The position numbers and the translations under genes are program-made. The notes under the pieces are model-generated. The model did not search any database. It was given only the letters and a program-made list of their open reading frames with translations, and was not told where the DNA came from. A stretch of DNA of 64,000 nucleotides from Camelus ferus (lineage: Eukaryota): the NCBI RefSeq assembly GCF_009834535.1, contig NC_045696.1:71984001-72048000 (forward strand). The letters are read 5' to 3'. Shown here in pieces: positions 1 through 13,815 of the stretch. The stretch's first letter is position 1; each line of letters opens with the position of its first letter.

Positions 1-233
1 TGCTTCCCTTTTCCCTACAGTGATCCCTGCTGGCAGAACTTGACAGGAGGCCAGCTGCCAAGAAGGGTAATATGCAGAGCCTGGGCACAAAGTGGTGTGG
101 AAGGTTGGGTTTGGAGCTGGGAAAACCAAATGACACTGGAAGAAAGTGGTAGATGATGAAGCTGAGAGAGAGAGAGGCAGCATCATTTAGAGCGTTATAG
201 GCCTTGGAAAGGAGGCCTCCACTGACCCCTATT

Positions 234-300
234 TAAAAGCATCTCCTTCAGCTATACTTCAGTTTTAAAAAATAAATATATGAAAATAAAAGCATCTCCT
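234..300 (+). mobile_element. Ultra-short L1 3'-terminal insertion with 14-bp TSD
   Basis: TAAAAGCATCTCCT at 234-247 and 287-300 flanking tcagctatacttcag + A-rich tail. Confidence 0.65.
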
Positions 301-1276
301 AACCAGTCTTTATCCTCTTACCTGTTTATTTTTTCCTACGACTTATAACATTCTTAGTTGTATTATTTACTTGTATAAAATTTTACTATCTGTCTCATCT
401 ACAAGAGTGAACCTTCATAAGGTTTGAACTGTGTCTTAGACATCACTGCATCCATGTTTAGTAGCTGGCACAAAGCATTTTGCATTTCATTCTAAGTAGC
501 TATTGGAGGATTTTAAGCTGGGAGTGAAGTGATCTGATTTACACTTTAATAAGGTCATTGTGGCTGCTGGTGGGGAGTAGGCCAGTGGGATGGGGTCAAA
601 GGTGGGGCTGATGACAAACAGAGCAGGCAGAAGAATTAGGAGTCAGTTACAGTAGGCCTGCCCTTCACTGGCATCAGAATTCCTACCTCTTATAGTTTCA
701 TTCAGATATCCCCCACTTACATAGATGTCTCCCCTTTCCTTTACCAATTTTTGATTTCCTATTCCAGTCATTTTAATACTTAATTAGCTATTATCTTGTT
801 TAGTGATTTTAATGCCTATCACGGCTCCTCCTCAACTCCGTCGTGCTTAAGAACCCACATCTGAGACTTACTTTTCTGTACTTACTACCATCCCAACAAG
901 CTGGTACATGGGGTCATTAATTTGAATTAATGAATATATGCAGTTGTTTTGCATTTATGTTTCTCTGTATCAGTGTTTTCTTATTTAGAATCAGTTTCTA
1001 GACTGAATAATTTAGGAATTAATTTATACACACAGATACTTAAATTTTTGCTTGTTCCTAAAACATTTTAATTATTGACTGGAGTAAAAGGTCCTTAGGA
1101 GGGGAAGGAGATGATAATAATACATAGGCTTTATATACTTCCTTAGGAATCCAGTCACTTTAATTTTCAATTTGTATTTATCTCGTGTTTGAGCTTACAT
1201 TAAATAATATTATTACCTCCATTCTACAGGTGTAAAACCTAATGCGCAGGGTACGTGATACCCAAAATCATCTAGT

Positions 1277-1425
1277 CTTACTGCTCAGAGTGTGCTCCAT
1301 GTCATCATTTGGGAGCTTGGTAGAAAGAAGCAAATTCTTGGGCCTCACTCCAAACCCACTGTTATTTACATTTTTATGCATAATTTGCACTTTTATCAAG
1401 ATCCCCAGGTGCTTTGAAAGCAAAA
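1277..1425. mobile_element. MER5-like hAT-Charlie fossil
   Basis: tgggagcttg..agaaa..gcaaattcttgggcc..., caagatccccaggtg motifs resemble recalled MER5A. Confidence 0.6.
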
Positions 1426-2429
1426 CTTGTCTCATCCTTGAAAGAGAAAGTATTAAACAAGAGTCTCCTGACTCTCAGCCTGGCTGAGCAATAGAACTTT
1501 ATTGCCCTGCAATTTGGGAAAAGGGAAGGTGCTGTTTAATCTGAAATTTCAATTAATTAAAAATAACTTATTTTAAGCCAGCTAGCTTCCTTATTTTATC
1601 ATTGCTTCCTCTAATCAGTCTTCTCCTTAGAGGTGAAAATTCTCTCCCTTTATAGTGACAGTTCATTAAGACCATTTTTCAATTTAAACAACAACCCTGT
1701 AACAAATAAATGATATGCTAATTCTGGGGAATTTTGTCAACTCTGTGCCTGTCTGGATTAGTATTATGTTGTATAGATGCTATAATAACACAAACAGTGA
1801 GAGAAGAATAAAATAGGTTTCACACATTTTGCCTGTATAGTCAAGATTTGAGTTGGCTTCCAAACATTACAGATAGTGGTTAGGACAAAGGATAAAAGCA
1901 AAAAATAAGTAATAGGGGACTATTTTGGGGGGATAGCAGTTGGCATTTAGTCAGAAAACTTAGGCCAAGGAAAGCTACTTTAGTTCTTCCTAACAACCCT
2001 GATTGAAAAGGAAATTTGGTGGATAACAATTTACAAGGCTCTCTAATAAAAGGATACCTGCCAATTAGGGGAGCAAACCTTGCCCTCACTTTGACTTTGA
2101 AGAAGAAAAGTATTGATCATTCTGATAAAAAACATTAAATAACATGTGTGTAGTGATTTTGAAATAAGTTTGCCAAAAATGTAGAATTCTTAATGTGGCC
2201 TTTGCGATAGGCATTTTTATAGACACTAGAGTAAAACTTACACGTGAGCTAAGTTGCTGACGATTTGTCTGGTAACATGGCTGTATTGAGAGACTCTAGG
2301 AGGTGTAATAATAGTAAGCATGTTCATTAGGCTAGTTCTCTTGTCAGTTGTCCCCGAGCTTCTCTGGACGGGAGGGAGGTAGTGGTAGTAAGCGCTGCTG
2401 ACAATGAGAATCAACTTGAGCCTTTTAAC

Positions 2430-2640
2430 AAGGATGCTGGTGTAGTACCTTGGGAAGGGGCCTGAAGTTGCCTGGAGGAGAGCTTTATGCTCTCTGGAAT
2501 GCTAGTGATGCTTTGTTTCTTGAGCTGTGTTGTCTACACAGAGGTATTCAGTTTATGAAAACTATGTTTATAGAAGCTGTACACTTACAATATGCACTTT
2601 TTTGTATGTATATTATTCTTTAGTGAAAAGTTAAAAAAAA
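2430..2640 (+). mobile_element. Old L1 (L1ME-like) 3' end
   Basis: gctgtacacttacaatatgcacttt...gtatgtatattat...A-tail. Confidence 0.65.
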
Positions 2641-3449
2641 GCTTGTGCCAAGCCTTGCTCAGCCCTTCACTTATCTAGATTAGCTCCTGAACATGAATGT
2701 TTTGTAAAAGTGCTCCAATTTCTTTTAATGTGCCACCAGGAATGAATGACTTTATTAGAGGCATTTCAAAATCACTGATAAGTAATGAATATAGCAAGTT
2801 ATTAAACGAAGTACTGGTAATCTGTGTGATTGACCAAGAGGAAACCCACATGTCATAAGTATTACAGAATGTGGGTAGAAAATTATTGGTAATAAGAATT
2901 TGAGGAGTATGACTTGTTCCCTCTGTCATGGGATAGGACACATTTCTGCTCAAAGACAGAGCCAGTAACAACAACAATAAATTTGTATCTGTGCATATGC
3001 TTGAACAAGCATAGAGCAGAATAGATATGAACTAAAAACATGAAAGAATTACTTTGGCAGAGATTGAAGGTTAGGAGTTACCAGTTTTCTGTCTTTGCTG
3101 TTAAAGGCATATTAGTGCTATGGAATGAACATTCTACACCCGCTTACAATCCTGTGACCACCAGGGTGAATTGGCAGCTAAATACATGCCTGATGGCTAG
3201 GGAATTACCCTGCTGGTAGTAGTAGGATTGTTAGATTTTCTTTTTAGTCCATTCAGATGCTCTAGGATAGTGTGGTTTGGCTATATTAAAGGTGTTCTTC
3301 CTAAGAGAAATTAATTAAGCTTCTTGAGGCCATTCCCATGACGTGTTTGAACGTTGTTTTGGCACATAGATAGCTGCTTTTCTTTTCATTATAAAGAGTA
3401 TTAATCTAGTTAATCAGAGTTCTATCGAATTAGGTACCCCAAAAAGGAA

Positions 3450-4980
3450 GGCTAGCAACAAGCACTTTGAAAATGAAATTAAGGAAACAGTTACATTCAC
3501 AGTAACATCCATGAAAATCTAATACTTAGTAAAAAAGTTAGCAAAAGCACTTCAAGTCCTATGTACTGGAAACTATAAAACATTGGTGAGAAAAATTAAA
3601 GTCTTAAATAAGTTCATAGATATATCATTAGAAGACTCAATATTATTAAGGTGTCAGTTCTTTCCATATTGATCTATAGATTTAATGCAATTTAATGCAG
3701 TCTTTGTCAAATCCCAATAAGCTTTTTTGGAGGGGTGTAGATTGACAAGCTGATCCTAAAATAGCCAAAGGACCTAGTCTATAGTTAAAACAATTTTGAA
3801 AAGACTAACAGATTTGTGGGGTTTAGACTCCTGGAATTCAAAATTCACTATAAAGCTGTAGTAACCAAGACAGTGTGGTATCAGAAGGATAAATATATAC
3901 ATCAATGGAGCAGAATAGAAAGTCCTACAATAAACTCACGCATATATGGTTAATTTTTGAATAAAGGTGCTAAAGCAATTCATTGGAGAAAGGACAGCCT
4001 TTTCAACAGGTGGTACTGGAATAATTGCCAAAATAGGCAAATCTATACAGACAGATTAGTGGTTGCCTAGGGCTGGTGATATGTAGGGAATGGGGAATAA
4101 CTGCTGATAGACATGGAGTTTTCTTTTGGGGGTGATGAAAGCTTACATTATTATATCTTATGTAGTATCTTAGATTATGGTAATGATTGCGCAACTCTGC
4201 AAATATACTAAAAATGATTGGATTGAATTATGTCAATAAAGTTGTTTTTAAAATCAGTACCACTACACACCCACTACAATGGCAAAAATCAAAAAGACTG
4301 ATGATACCACATGTTGGCAGGGATGTGGAAGAACTTAGAACCATCATACATAGCTGATGGAAGTGCAGAATTGTTTAGCCCCTTTAGAAAACTGGCTAGT
4401 TTTAGAAAATTAAATATATACTTACTGTATTTTGATCCAACAGTTGCACTCCTGGGTATTTACCCAAGAGGAATAAAAAATGTCCACACAGACTTGTCCA
4501 TGAATGTTCATAACAGCATTATCGTAATAGCCAAAGACTGGGAAAAAATCCAAATGAGTAAAAAAACAAAATGTGGTATATTTACACAATCTGTAAATAG
4601 ACCTGTTATTTTCATCCATGTTGTGGTATGTATCAGCAATTCTTTTTTTTGTGTGTAGGTAAACCACAGAAAATGACTCAAGTTTTTAAGAAGCCAGACA
4701 CGGACTGTATGATTACATTTATATGAGATTTCTAAAAAAGGCAAAATTATAGAGACAGCAAGCAGGTCAGTAGTTGCCTGGTTCTGGGAGCAAGGATTAA
4801 GCAAATATGCACATGGACACATAGGAACCTTTTCAAGTGTCGAAGTGTTCTAAAACTGGATTATTATAGTAATAGTTGCACAGTTGTATCAGTTTGCTAA
4901 ATGCATCAAACTGTAAATGGGTGAGTATTACATTATGTATCGTAAACCATACCTTAAAAAACAGTGTTTAAAAAAATCAG
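3450..4980 (+). mobile_element. L1M-type LINE fragments (ORF2 remnant plus 3'UTRs)
   Basis: ORF2-like tracts (gaagactcaatattattaag..., gacagtgtggtatc..., FDPTVALLGIYPR in ORF 4311..4658) and 3'UTR motifs ggcaaatctata/gtggttgcctaggg. Confidence 0.85.
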
Positions 4981-5829
4981 AAAGGACTGGGATATAGGCC
5001 TGTTTTACTTTGCCTCACATAAATAATATTTGACATTTCATGTAAAATCACTAAAATTGAGCTTTGGTTTAAAAGAAACAAAACTCCAAACTCAAATCAG
5101 AATGTGATTATCTAGCATCTTACTCAGTTTGTAGCATTTTGCTGTTTGCTGTCACTAAGTTGCGGCTTTTTCTATTCACATGAGTCTCCCAGACATCTGA
5201 AGCTTATCCCTCTTATTTTGAAATGTTCTTGAGCATAACTATTTTGAAAGACAGTTGGATGATCTTTTTTCTTTTCCATTCCCTTGGTTATAATGATACA
5301 TACGTAATTACTATTTAAGAAGAACAAAATTGCCCTCAGGACTTATTCCTCATTAAGCCATCTAAGCCTGTTCTGCTTTTTGTTTCCCTCTGTTTCCTCC
5401 CTTTCTGCTGTTAGCATGTCTCTCTTAGAAATCTTGCTGTCCTTCAGTTACTGATTTTCCTCTTCTGTAGCCTAGAAAGCCAAGTAAATAAATTTCTTAA
5501 AATTCTGATTAAGTTGCAAGTGATTAGGCTAAAATCTGAGGGAGTCCTCTCTCACTAGAGTATGTATAGACTTTAATACCAAATGACTTTTGTTTACTAC
5601 TTAGCTCTTTTTCTGGAGAGGTGACACTGGCAGATAGTGACCTGAAGTTAAATGAGTTACTGTGCTAGGGTTCTCTTTTCAGCTTTTGGGTACCATGGTT
5701 TCAGTTCTAGGCCAGCTTTACACGGAGACAGAGCAAATAATGTGCACCACCCCACCCCCACCGCCGCTGCCCTGCCACCCTCTGAAGCCCTTTACTTCTA
5801 CTTGCAAATTCCTTGACATTTCATATATA

Positions 5830-6340
5830 CATACCTAAAAGAATTTAAAGCAGGAACCCAGATACTTGTGCACCAATGTTCATAGCAACATTATTCACAA
5901 TAGCCAAAAGGTGGAATCAATCCACATGCCCATCAGCAGATGAATAGATGAACAAAATGGGAATAGACCTGCAGTGTGATGTTATTCAGCCAGCCATTAA
6001 AAGGAATGAAATTCTGATATATGGATCAACCTTGGACACATCATGCTAAATAAAATAAGCGAGACATAAATGCACAAATACTGTTCAATTCCACTTATAT
6101 CAGGTACCTAGAATAGGCAGATTCATGGAGATGGAAAGTAAAATAGAGGTTATCAGGGAATGGGGAATTAATGTTTAATAGGTATAGAGTTTCCTTCTGG
6201 GATGATGAAAATGTTTTGGAGATGGATGATGGTAATAGTTGCACAATATTGTGAATGTACTTCATGTCACTGAAATATACACTTAAAAGTGGTTAAAATG
6301 GTAAATTTTATGCATATGTTACCACTATAAAAAGAAATAT
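5830..6340 (+). mobile_element. L1MB-like 3'UTR
   Basis: caatgttcatagcaacattattcacaatagccaaaaggtggaa...cacttaaaagtggttaaaatggtaaattttatg. Confidence 0.85.
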
Positions 6341-6540
6341 AGATTTTTCTGGTTCAAGTAGTGGTTCAAGAACTTTAGAATGAAAGTTCAGACATCTCTG
6401 AAAACATACTTTGATAGAGACCATAGTGTACCTATCACCAGCATGGGTGGGGAGATGCCTCCTCAGGGGAAGATGCCATTGCCTGCATCGGTTTGCCAGT
6501 GGAGCGCTAGAAAGTTCATCCTTTCATTTCTCCCTTCTAG

Positions 6541-6678
<138 letters not shown>

Positions 6679-7072
6679 TAAATACAGCCATAGGAAGGTC
6701 AATTGAAATGGTTATTTACCTATAATAGACATGTTAATTATACCCTTTCATTGTCATAGGTTTTAAGTTATTTATTTGCCACTATATTGAGTTATGGAAA
6801 ATATTCAAGCAATTAGTGTTTCTAATCAATATGTTCGTTTTTGGGAATTAAAAACAAGGTGGGATGAGCTACCACATGAAAACTGGATTGAGGAAAGTAT
6901 TAGATATTTTAACATTTGTATTAATTTTTGTTTTCTCAGACGGTAATCCTTTCTTTACCTATGGAATGTTTTATTTTTAAAGTTCCATTGTATTTTATAT
7001 ACTTGGCAGTATTTGTGTTTCTCTTGTATGAAATAATTTGTAGAATTAGGGCATCTTTTTTTTTTATTCTAA

Positions 7073-7258
<186 letters not shown>

Positions 7259-7304
7259 TAGTCTAATTTGTTTTGTTGTAGTCATGGCTAGATTTCCATC
7301 TTAG

Positions 7305-7427
<123 letters not shown>

Positions 7428-7949
7428 TAGGTTCAGCTTTTTTTCCTGACTTAAATTTTTTAAATTAAATTATAAAAGAAATGCATGCATATTATATAAA
7501 GTATAAAATTTTGATAGTACATGAGTACATTAAGTTCCCAATCCCACTCCCTGATGTAACCACTAGTACAGTATGCATTCCTCCAGGCATTTTCTACATG
7601 AGTAGAAACATCTATACATATACACACAGAATGCAAAATACATATAAAAGAACAGTGAACAGAATCTTAACATAATATTATATGCCAATATTATATCGTA
7701 AACACCTTCCATGTCAGTAAATAGAGATCTACCTCATTCTTTTTATATGCTTAATGGTTCCGTGATATTGATGTGTCATTAATTCATTCAGTTCATTTCT
7801 TGATGGAATTTAGAGTCCTTTCAAAATAAATAAAATTCTTGTAAGAAATTAAGCTTTATCTTACAGAACTCTATAAGCATCATTTGAGATGCTCTGAAAA
7901 TGGAAATAATTGTTCAAATTGAATTGTAAGTGATATGTTAACAAATAAT

Positions 7950-8225
7950 AAAACTAACAGTTCATCCTCGTATTTAATCATGTGCCAGATTCTAAGTATT
8001 TTACATATACTGAGTAGTAGTCTTGCTGTCCTATTTCTAATCTAATTCCTGCAACAATCCCATTAGGTAGGCCCTGTTCTCATTTTGCAGGTGAGGACAC
8101 CAAGGAATAGAGTGGTCATCTTACTTGCCTGAGGTCTCCCATCTGGGAATTGGGGAAGCTGGGATTTGAGCCCAGACAGTTTGACTCCAGAATTCACACT
8201 CTAAGCGACCACCTTAAACTGTTTC
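7950..8225 (-). mobile_element. MIR SINE
   Basis: core cattttgcaggtgaggacaccaagg...gggatttgagcccagacagtttgactccaga. Confidence 0.8.
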
Positions 8226-8352
8226 TCTAGGTTCCACTGTAGTAAATACTGTGTGGATTTCTAAATTTTTTTATTCTCTGGAATTTTATTTTCATTTGTA
8301 TTGCTTGAAATAAGATACTAATTATAAACACATCTTGTTTTATCAATTTTGT

Positions 8353-8358
<6 letters not shown>

Positions 8359-8390
<32 letters not shown>
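8359..8390. repeat. (TA)16 microsatellite
   Basis: perfect dinucleotide run. Confidence 0.95.
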
Positions 8391-8391
<1 letters not shown>

Positions 8392-8439
8392 CCTGTAAGT
8401 TAAGTGACCTTATAAAGAATAACTCATTTTGGAACCATG

Positions 8440-8595
8440 ACCAGAGAGGAATTTACCTTGAAGGTGATGAACTGAAACTTCAGGCCCTTCCCTTGCATGA
8501 GCCTCTTCTAAGGTCCTGTACCTAATTTTGTACTCATCGTAGAGGGGGCTCCCAAATTATTTCCATTTCAGCCCTACAAATAGAATTATTCCTAT
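8440..8595 (+). mobile_element. MER53-like hAT MITE
   Basis: ttcaggcccttcccttgcatgagcctcttctaaggtcctgtacctaattttgta matches recalled MER53. Confidence 0.7.
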
Positions 8596-9254
8596 GCATG
8601 GCACAGTATATTAAGTTCATTTAGAGTATGATTGTAAAAATAAAGCCCTCATTCTCAAAATAGGCCAGTTGATTAGGCCAGCACAACACATGCCACCCGT
8701 TAGTGGGAAATAAGGCAAAAATGGAGGAAGTTCTAAGGTCAATTGAAGGCTCCTTTCAGTAGCTTTCAAAAAAGAACAGGCTGACTATCCAAATGAGCAT
8801 ACTCTTGAGCTAAAATTGTCGTAGAGACATCAGCTAGCTATTTCAGTGACTGTAACTCAATGCCTGCGACATTTTTGAAGATATAGATTCTTGTGAAATG
8901 TCATCTATTACCTCACATTGTAATTTATTCTCTCAGTAGCTGGTAAGCTCCTGGGAACCGAGGACCTGCTCATTTCTTCTTTTTTTTTTTTCTCCTGTAT
9001 GTTACTTGGCATATTATTTTCTTCATGGTAGGTGTGTATGATTTTTTTTTAAATGTAGAAATAATATAAATACATTACAGACTTCGAAAATACAGCAGGT
9101 AGAAAACAAAGTCACTCATAAACTCATTCTTTGAATATCAGTATTAACATTTCTACGTATTTCTATTCTATATTTTCTAGTAACATTTCCATATCATGAT
9201 AATCATACTGTTTTATATCCTGCTAAATAATTACCTGTTGAGATAATAGCCAGA

Positions 9255-11175
9255 AGATTGTCAAGATGGTGCTGATAACAGAAAAGTAGAAATCAAGATG
9301 TTTATAAACTTAATAAATTCACCACCCTGAAATCTGGGCAATCATGTGGATACAGCAAATCATAGCCAAGATCAGTTTACCTGGAGCAGAAGCTGCCAGA
9401 GCCATAAACTGATAGGAACACCTAAATAGGGATTTTGACAAATTACTGGGGGTTGAGTGTGGTCTAGCCTGATGGTAAGAAACTCCTTAGGGCCCAGTTT
9501 TAGGGGAAAACCCAAATTTTCATAGGTTTTTCCTCCAAGAACACCACCAGGCAATCAGTGAAAATCCAGGAAAAATGTCCTCACATTTTGGGGGCCTGGA
9601 GGAGGAAAGAAGCCATTTTGAATAGGCCCAAAGCAAAGGCCAGCACTCTAAGGGAAACTTTGCCAGAGACTTTTCTGTCCTTGGGGGAGGGCAGTTAGCC
9701 AACTCTAACCCCCTCTAACCTTCCTGTTTCACCTAAAGGAAGAAAAAAAAGCTAAAACACCCAGGGACACAGACCCAGTAGAAGACTGAGATTTAATCAT
9801 AAGAATATAGAATGCTTTTCTTCCCCCACACCCTTCTCCCCTGTCACCAGGGCTCCAGCATAATAACGGGTTTACAGCTAAGATTGCTGCAAGGCACAGG
9901 CTGCGTTTAAGGAGTTCTTAGGGAAAGCCTAAGACAACAGGAGAAAAACAAAACAAGGACAACAGAAGAAACTGAAGCCCCTGGCACCTATAGCTACTGC
10001 AGACCTTAAACACAGCCTCCCTGCTAGCCAGATTAACATAAAACCTCACATGAAATTTGTTTACTTCAGTTTCTTGTTCCATGATATATTATGTCTGGCG
10101 TTTAATCAAAAAAATTACAAGGCATGCTAAAAGACGAGTAAAACATGGTCTGAAGAGAAAAAAAAGCAAGCATCAGAACCAGATTGAAATATGACACAAA
10201 TTTTGGAATTTTTAGATGTGGAATTTAAAGTAACTGATTAATATGTTAATGGCTCTTGTGGAAAAGTACAGTAGACAACATGCAGAACATATGGGTAATG
10301 TAAGCAGAGAGGGATGGAGACACTAAGGAAAAAAATCAGAAGAAAATGCCAGGAATCAAAAACATTGTAAAAGAAATGAAGAACGCATTTGATAGGCTTA
10401 TTGGTAGACTGGACACAGCTGAGAAAAGAAATAGTGACCTTGAACATGTCAATGGAAGCTTCCCAAATTGAAGGGCAGAGAGAAATAATGAAATCAAACA
10501 ACTTAATATCTGAGAAGGGAGACAATTTTAAAAGGTGTAACATGTTATTTGATTACTACAAGGAGAATAAAGAGAGGAGCAGAAGAAGTGTTTGAAATAA
10601 TAATGGCCAAAATATTTCCAAAATTAATGACAAACACCAAACTACAGAATCAGGAAGCTCAGGGGACACCAAAAGCAGAATAACTATCAAAAAATTTTTG
10701 AGTTATATTCAAATTGAAAGGAAACCGAAGACAAAAAGAAAATTTTGAAAAAAGCCCCAGGGGAAAAAACACCTTATCTATAGAGGAACAAGGGTAAAGA
10801 AATACATTAGACTTAAGCAAGAGTAGAGTGGAGTGAAATATTTATAAAGTGTTTTTTTAAAAATCAACCTATAAATTCTGTATCCAGTGAAATTAGCCTC
10901 CAAACTAGGAGGAGAAATACTTTCTCAGACAATCAAAAATTGAGAGAATTTGTCACTGGTATATTTGCCTTGCAAGAAATGATGATTTCTTCAGAGAGAA
11001 GGAAAATGGTATAGGTCAGAAACTCGGCTCTCTGTAAAGAAAAGAAAAGCATTAGAGAAAGAATAAACAAAGGTAAAGTAAAAATCTCTTAGTTTTCTTA
11101 ATTGATCTCACAGATAACAGTTTGTTCAAAATACTAATAGTAATATGTTTGGTGATGATAGCTTAAAGGTAAGTA
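9255..11175 (+). mobile_element. Old L1 5'UTR plus degenerate ORF1
   Basis: caagatgg start, ORF1-like tracts (agactggacacagctgag..., caggaagctcag..., tctgtatccagtgaaatta..., gccttgcaagaaatg). Confidence 0.75.
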
Positions 11176-11959
11176 AAAAGAGGGAGAAAAGATCAAGAAA
11201 GCAAATCCAGAAGGAAGAAATCAGCTTCTATTATTTGTCAGAAGAATGTGTTGAACAAATTGGGAAATTTTTAAATGGAACATTCAGTAGAAACAACGTA
11301 ACAATAAAATAAGTTCCTCCAGGTGGTATAATGACGTGTTTCATGAGGTGAACAGAAAGGAACAGAAATGAGCCACTGTGCTGAAACATTACATTTATAA
11401 GACTTAAGTTTTTACAAAAATTTCTTCTTTGACAATTTTTATTTTGAAAACTCAACAGAAAAAAACGTTTGCTGATCACTCATTTCTGTATTATGGTGGT
11501 GAATATGTGAGGTGAACTATATTGTGAACATACCAAAATGAATCTACTGAAAAGAGTGCTTTCATGTTTATCAAATGGTCTGTTACCCTTATCTTCTTAA
11601 GTGTTACGTGCATTCACTGTTAATATGACTTCTGATAATTTTACTATTTTACACTCAACATTTAAGTGCCTTTTTTGTTTTTTTATGTTTCATGTTAGTA
11701 TTTCCTTAAAAAATGATGATCCATGTTAATTTATTTCTTTACCTTTCTATGGATGAGCCATTATAATTTTCAGTCTGCCTTAGTTTATAAAATCTGATTG
11801 TAAGAGCTGATTTTTTTAAATCCCCTGAAAGTTTTTGTTGGCTTTTTGAGGATACATGAAATGTGACTATAATTTATAATTTTGATATAGTCAGGTTTAT
11901 CAGTCCTTTCCTTGGCTGTTTTTACTTGTGATCTGCCTCTACTGTGAGTTGGTAAATAG

Positions 11960-12193
<234 letters not shown>

Positions 12194-13453
12194 TAAAGAA
12201 ATTTGTCAGCTTCTCTATAATGTAAACCTTGGCCACTGACTTTCATGTCCACTTCCCACTAGTAACAAGCCCTCATTGCAGTGTTGGGGTGAGGCCAGGG
12301 TTCATGTTTTGGGGCTACTATACAGAAGGCACAGTAGAGCCATGGTGCTTCTGGATGGTATCTAGGAAAATCTGCTCTGATCCAAGTATCTGCCTTACAG
12401 TGAACAGCTGTATATTGTTTGCATGTAGATTTTAAGTTGTAATTAACTAAACTGTTTGAGGAATAGAATGGTCTTGTTAATTGAGGTTTTTTTTTTTTTT
12501 TTAATGAAGAAGACTCTTTTAACCATTGTTTCAAGTGTTCCTAGAATATATTAGTCATCTTCTCAACTTAGAGGTTATATTGTATAGGAGAGAGATTTGC
12601 TCTTATTTAGCAACTTTTCTCCCTCAGAATTGTTTACATGTCTCTGAGCCCACCTCTTGATTGGCTCAGGTGTTATCTGGGTCATGGCCTACTCCTGGGA
12701 TTACCTGTATTTGGATTTACATTTCTTTGGAACCTGCTGCTATCATAGGCTTCTTACTTGTCTAAAGTTGTATATGTGGTTTTTTCAGTGTGTATTTCTA
12801 AAAGATCAGGGATCTAAGGTTTCTGATTAATCAGTTTGTTATTCTCATACTGTACTCAAAATTTAATTTCTGTTGCAGACTATATTATACTCTAAAGTAA
12901 ATGTTAACAGTAATATTAATAAAGCCATATTTTCAAGCATTGATTAAATAAAAATCTGCTGAGCACCATTTTAAAATGTTAAAAGCTCTGCCTCCTTATT
13001 GACATACGTTTCTTTTTATGAACCTTTCTTACTAACTTGCAGTCTCAAGGTTTACTGTTATTCTAAGATAATTATTGGATACATGACCCAGATTGCTTTA
13101 TCATTTTGAAACAAAATAGAGATAGTTCTAAGTTTTCATATTGATACATATAATTTTAAGTGGACATATAGTCATGAAAGTTATTTTGTAAGTACAAGGG
13201 ACAGAGATATGTCATTATGCTGAGTAATAGCTGCAGTTCATAGAAATTACTAACAGAATCATTAAACTTTGATATAAGGACAGTTGAACTATGGTATAGG
13301 ACAATATTTCTTGAAGAAATGTGTGACATTAGCTACTTATCCTTATCTCTTTAATGTAATATTTGGTACATAGAAATGTAATACTGAATCTTAATGGAAA
13401 CTTCTAGTAGGACAAAGTACTAATGGAAACTTATTTCAAATATTTTTTCATAG

Positions 13454-13535
13454 CCTGGCATTAAACCTGAAGTAAGAAAAGCGCTCGGAGAAGCTGCAGT
13501 CAGAGCTGCTAAAGCTGTAAACTATGTTGGTGCAG
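13454..13535 (+). CDS. MCCC1: MCCC1 exon 9 (PGIKPEVRKALGEAAVRAAKAVNYVGA)
   Basis: ttttcatag| acceptor with TACTAAT branch-point-like motif at 13418-13424; CAG|gtatgt donor. Confidence 0.97.
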
Positions 13536-13619
13536 GTATGTAAAGATGTGCTTCTGATAGAGGAGAAAGAGTGATCCTTTGTGTTTTGAAAGGCAAACAA
13601 AACATATAGCTTTTAAATC

Positions 13620-13815
13620 ACTGACTTTCAAACTTTTTTGACTATACCCACATTAAGAAATATGTTTTACATTGAGACCCAGTATATGCATATGTGTTTG
13701 TGTTTTTATACATGTATATTTGAAAAAAATTTTTCACTAAACAGTACTTACCCTAATTATGTGTAATGCTACTTGATTCTTTCTATCCTATTTTAAAGTA
13801 AAATCACTGAAATGA
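13620..13815. mobile_element. hAT-Charlie-type MITE, left part (right part 16830-16885), split by an L1
   Basis: terminal motifs tttcaaacttttttgac... and ...gacccacagtttgaaaaaca on either side of the L1. Confidence 0.6.

Noticed and set aside
1..6540. Search for MCCC1 exon 4 (ADEAYSIGPAPSQQSYL...)
   Set aside because: No matching exon found; the window starts within intron 4.
7266..7291. Upstream AG dinucleotides in the 82-nt intron 6 as alternative acceptors
   Set aside because: They would leave introns of about 59-69 nt and shift the frame; only the 7304 AG keeps the MCCC1 frame.
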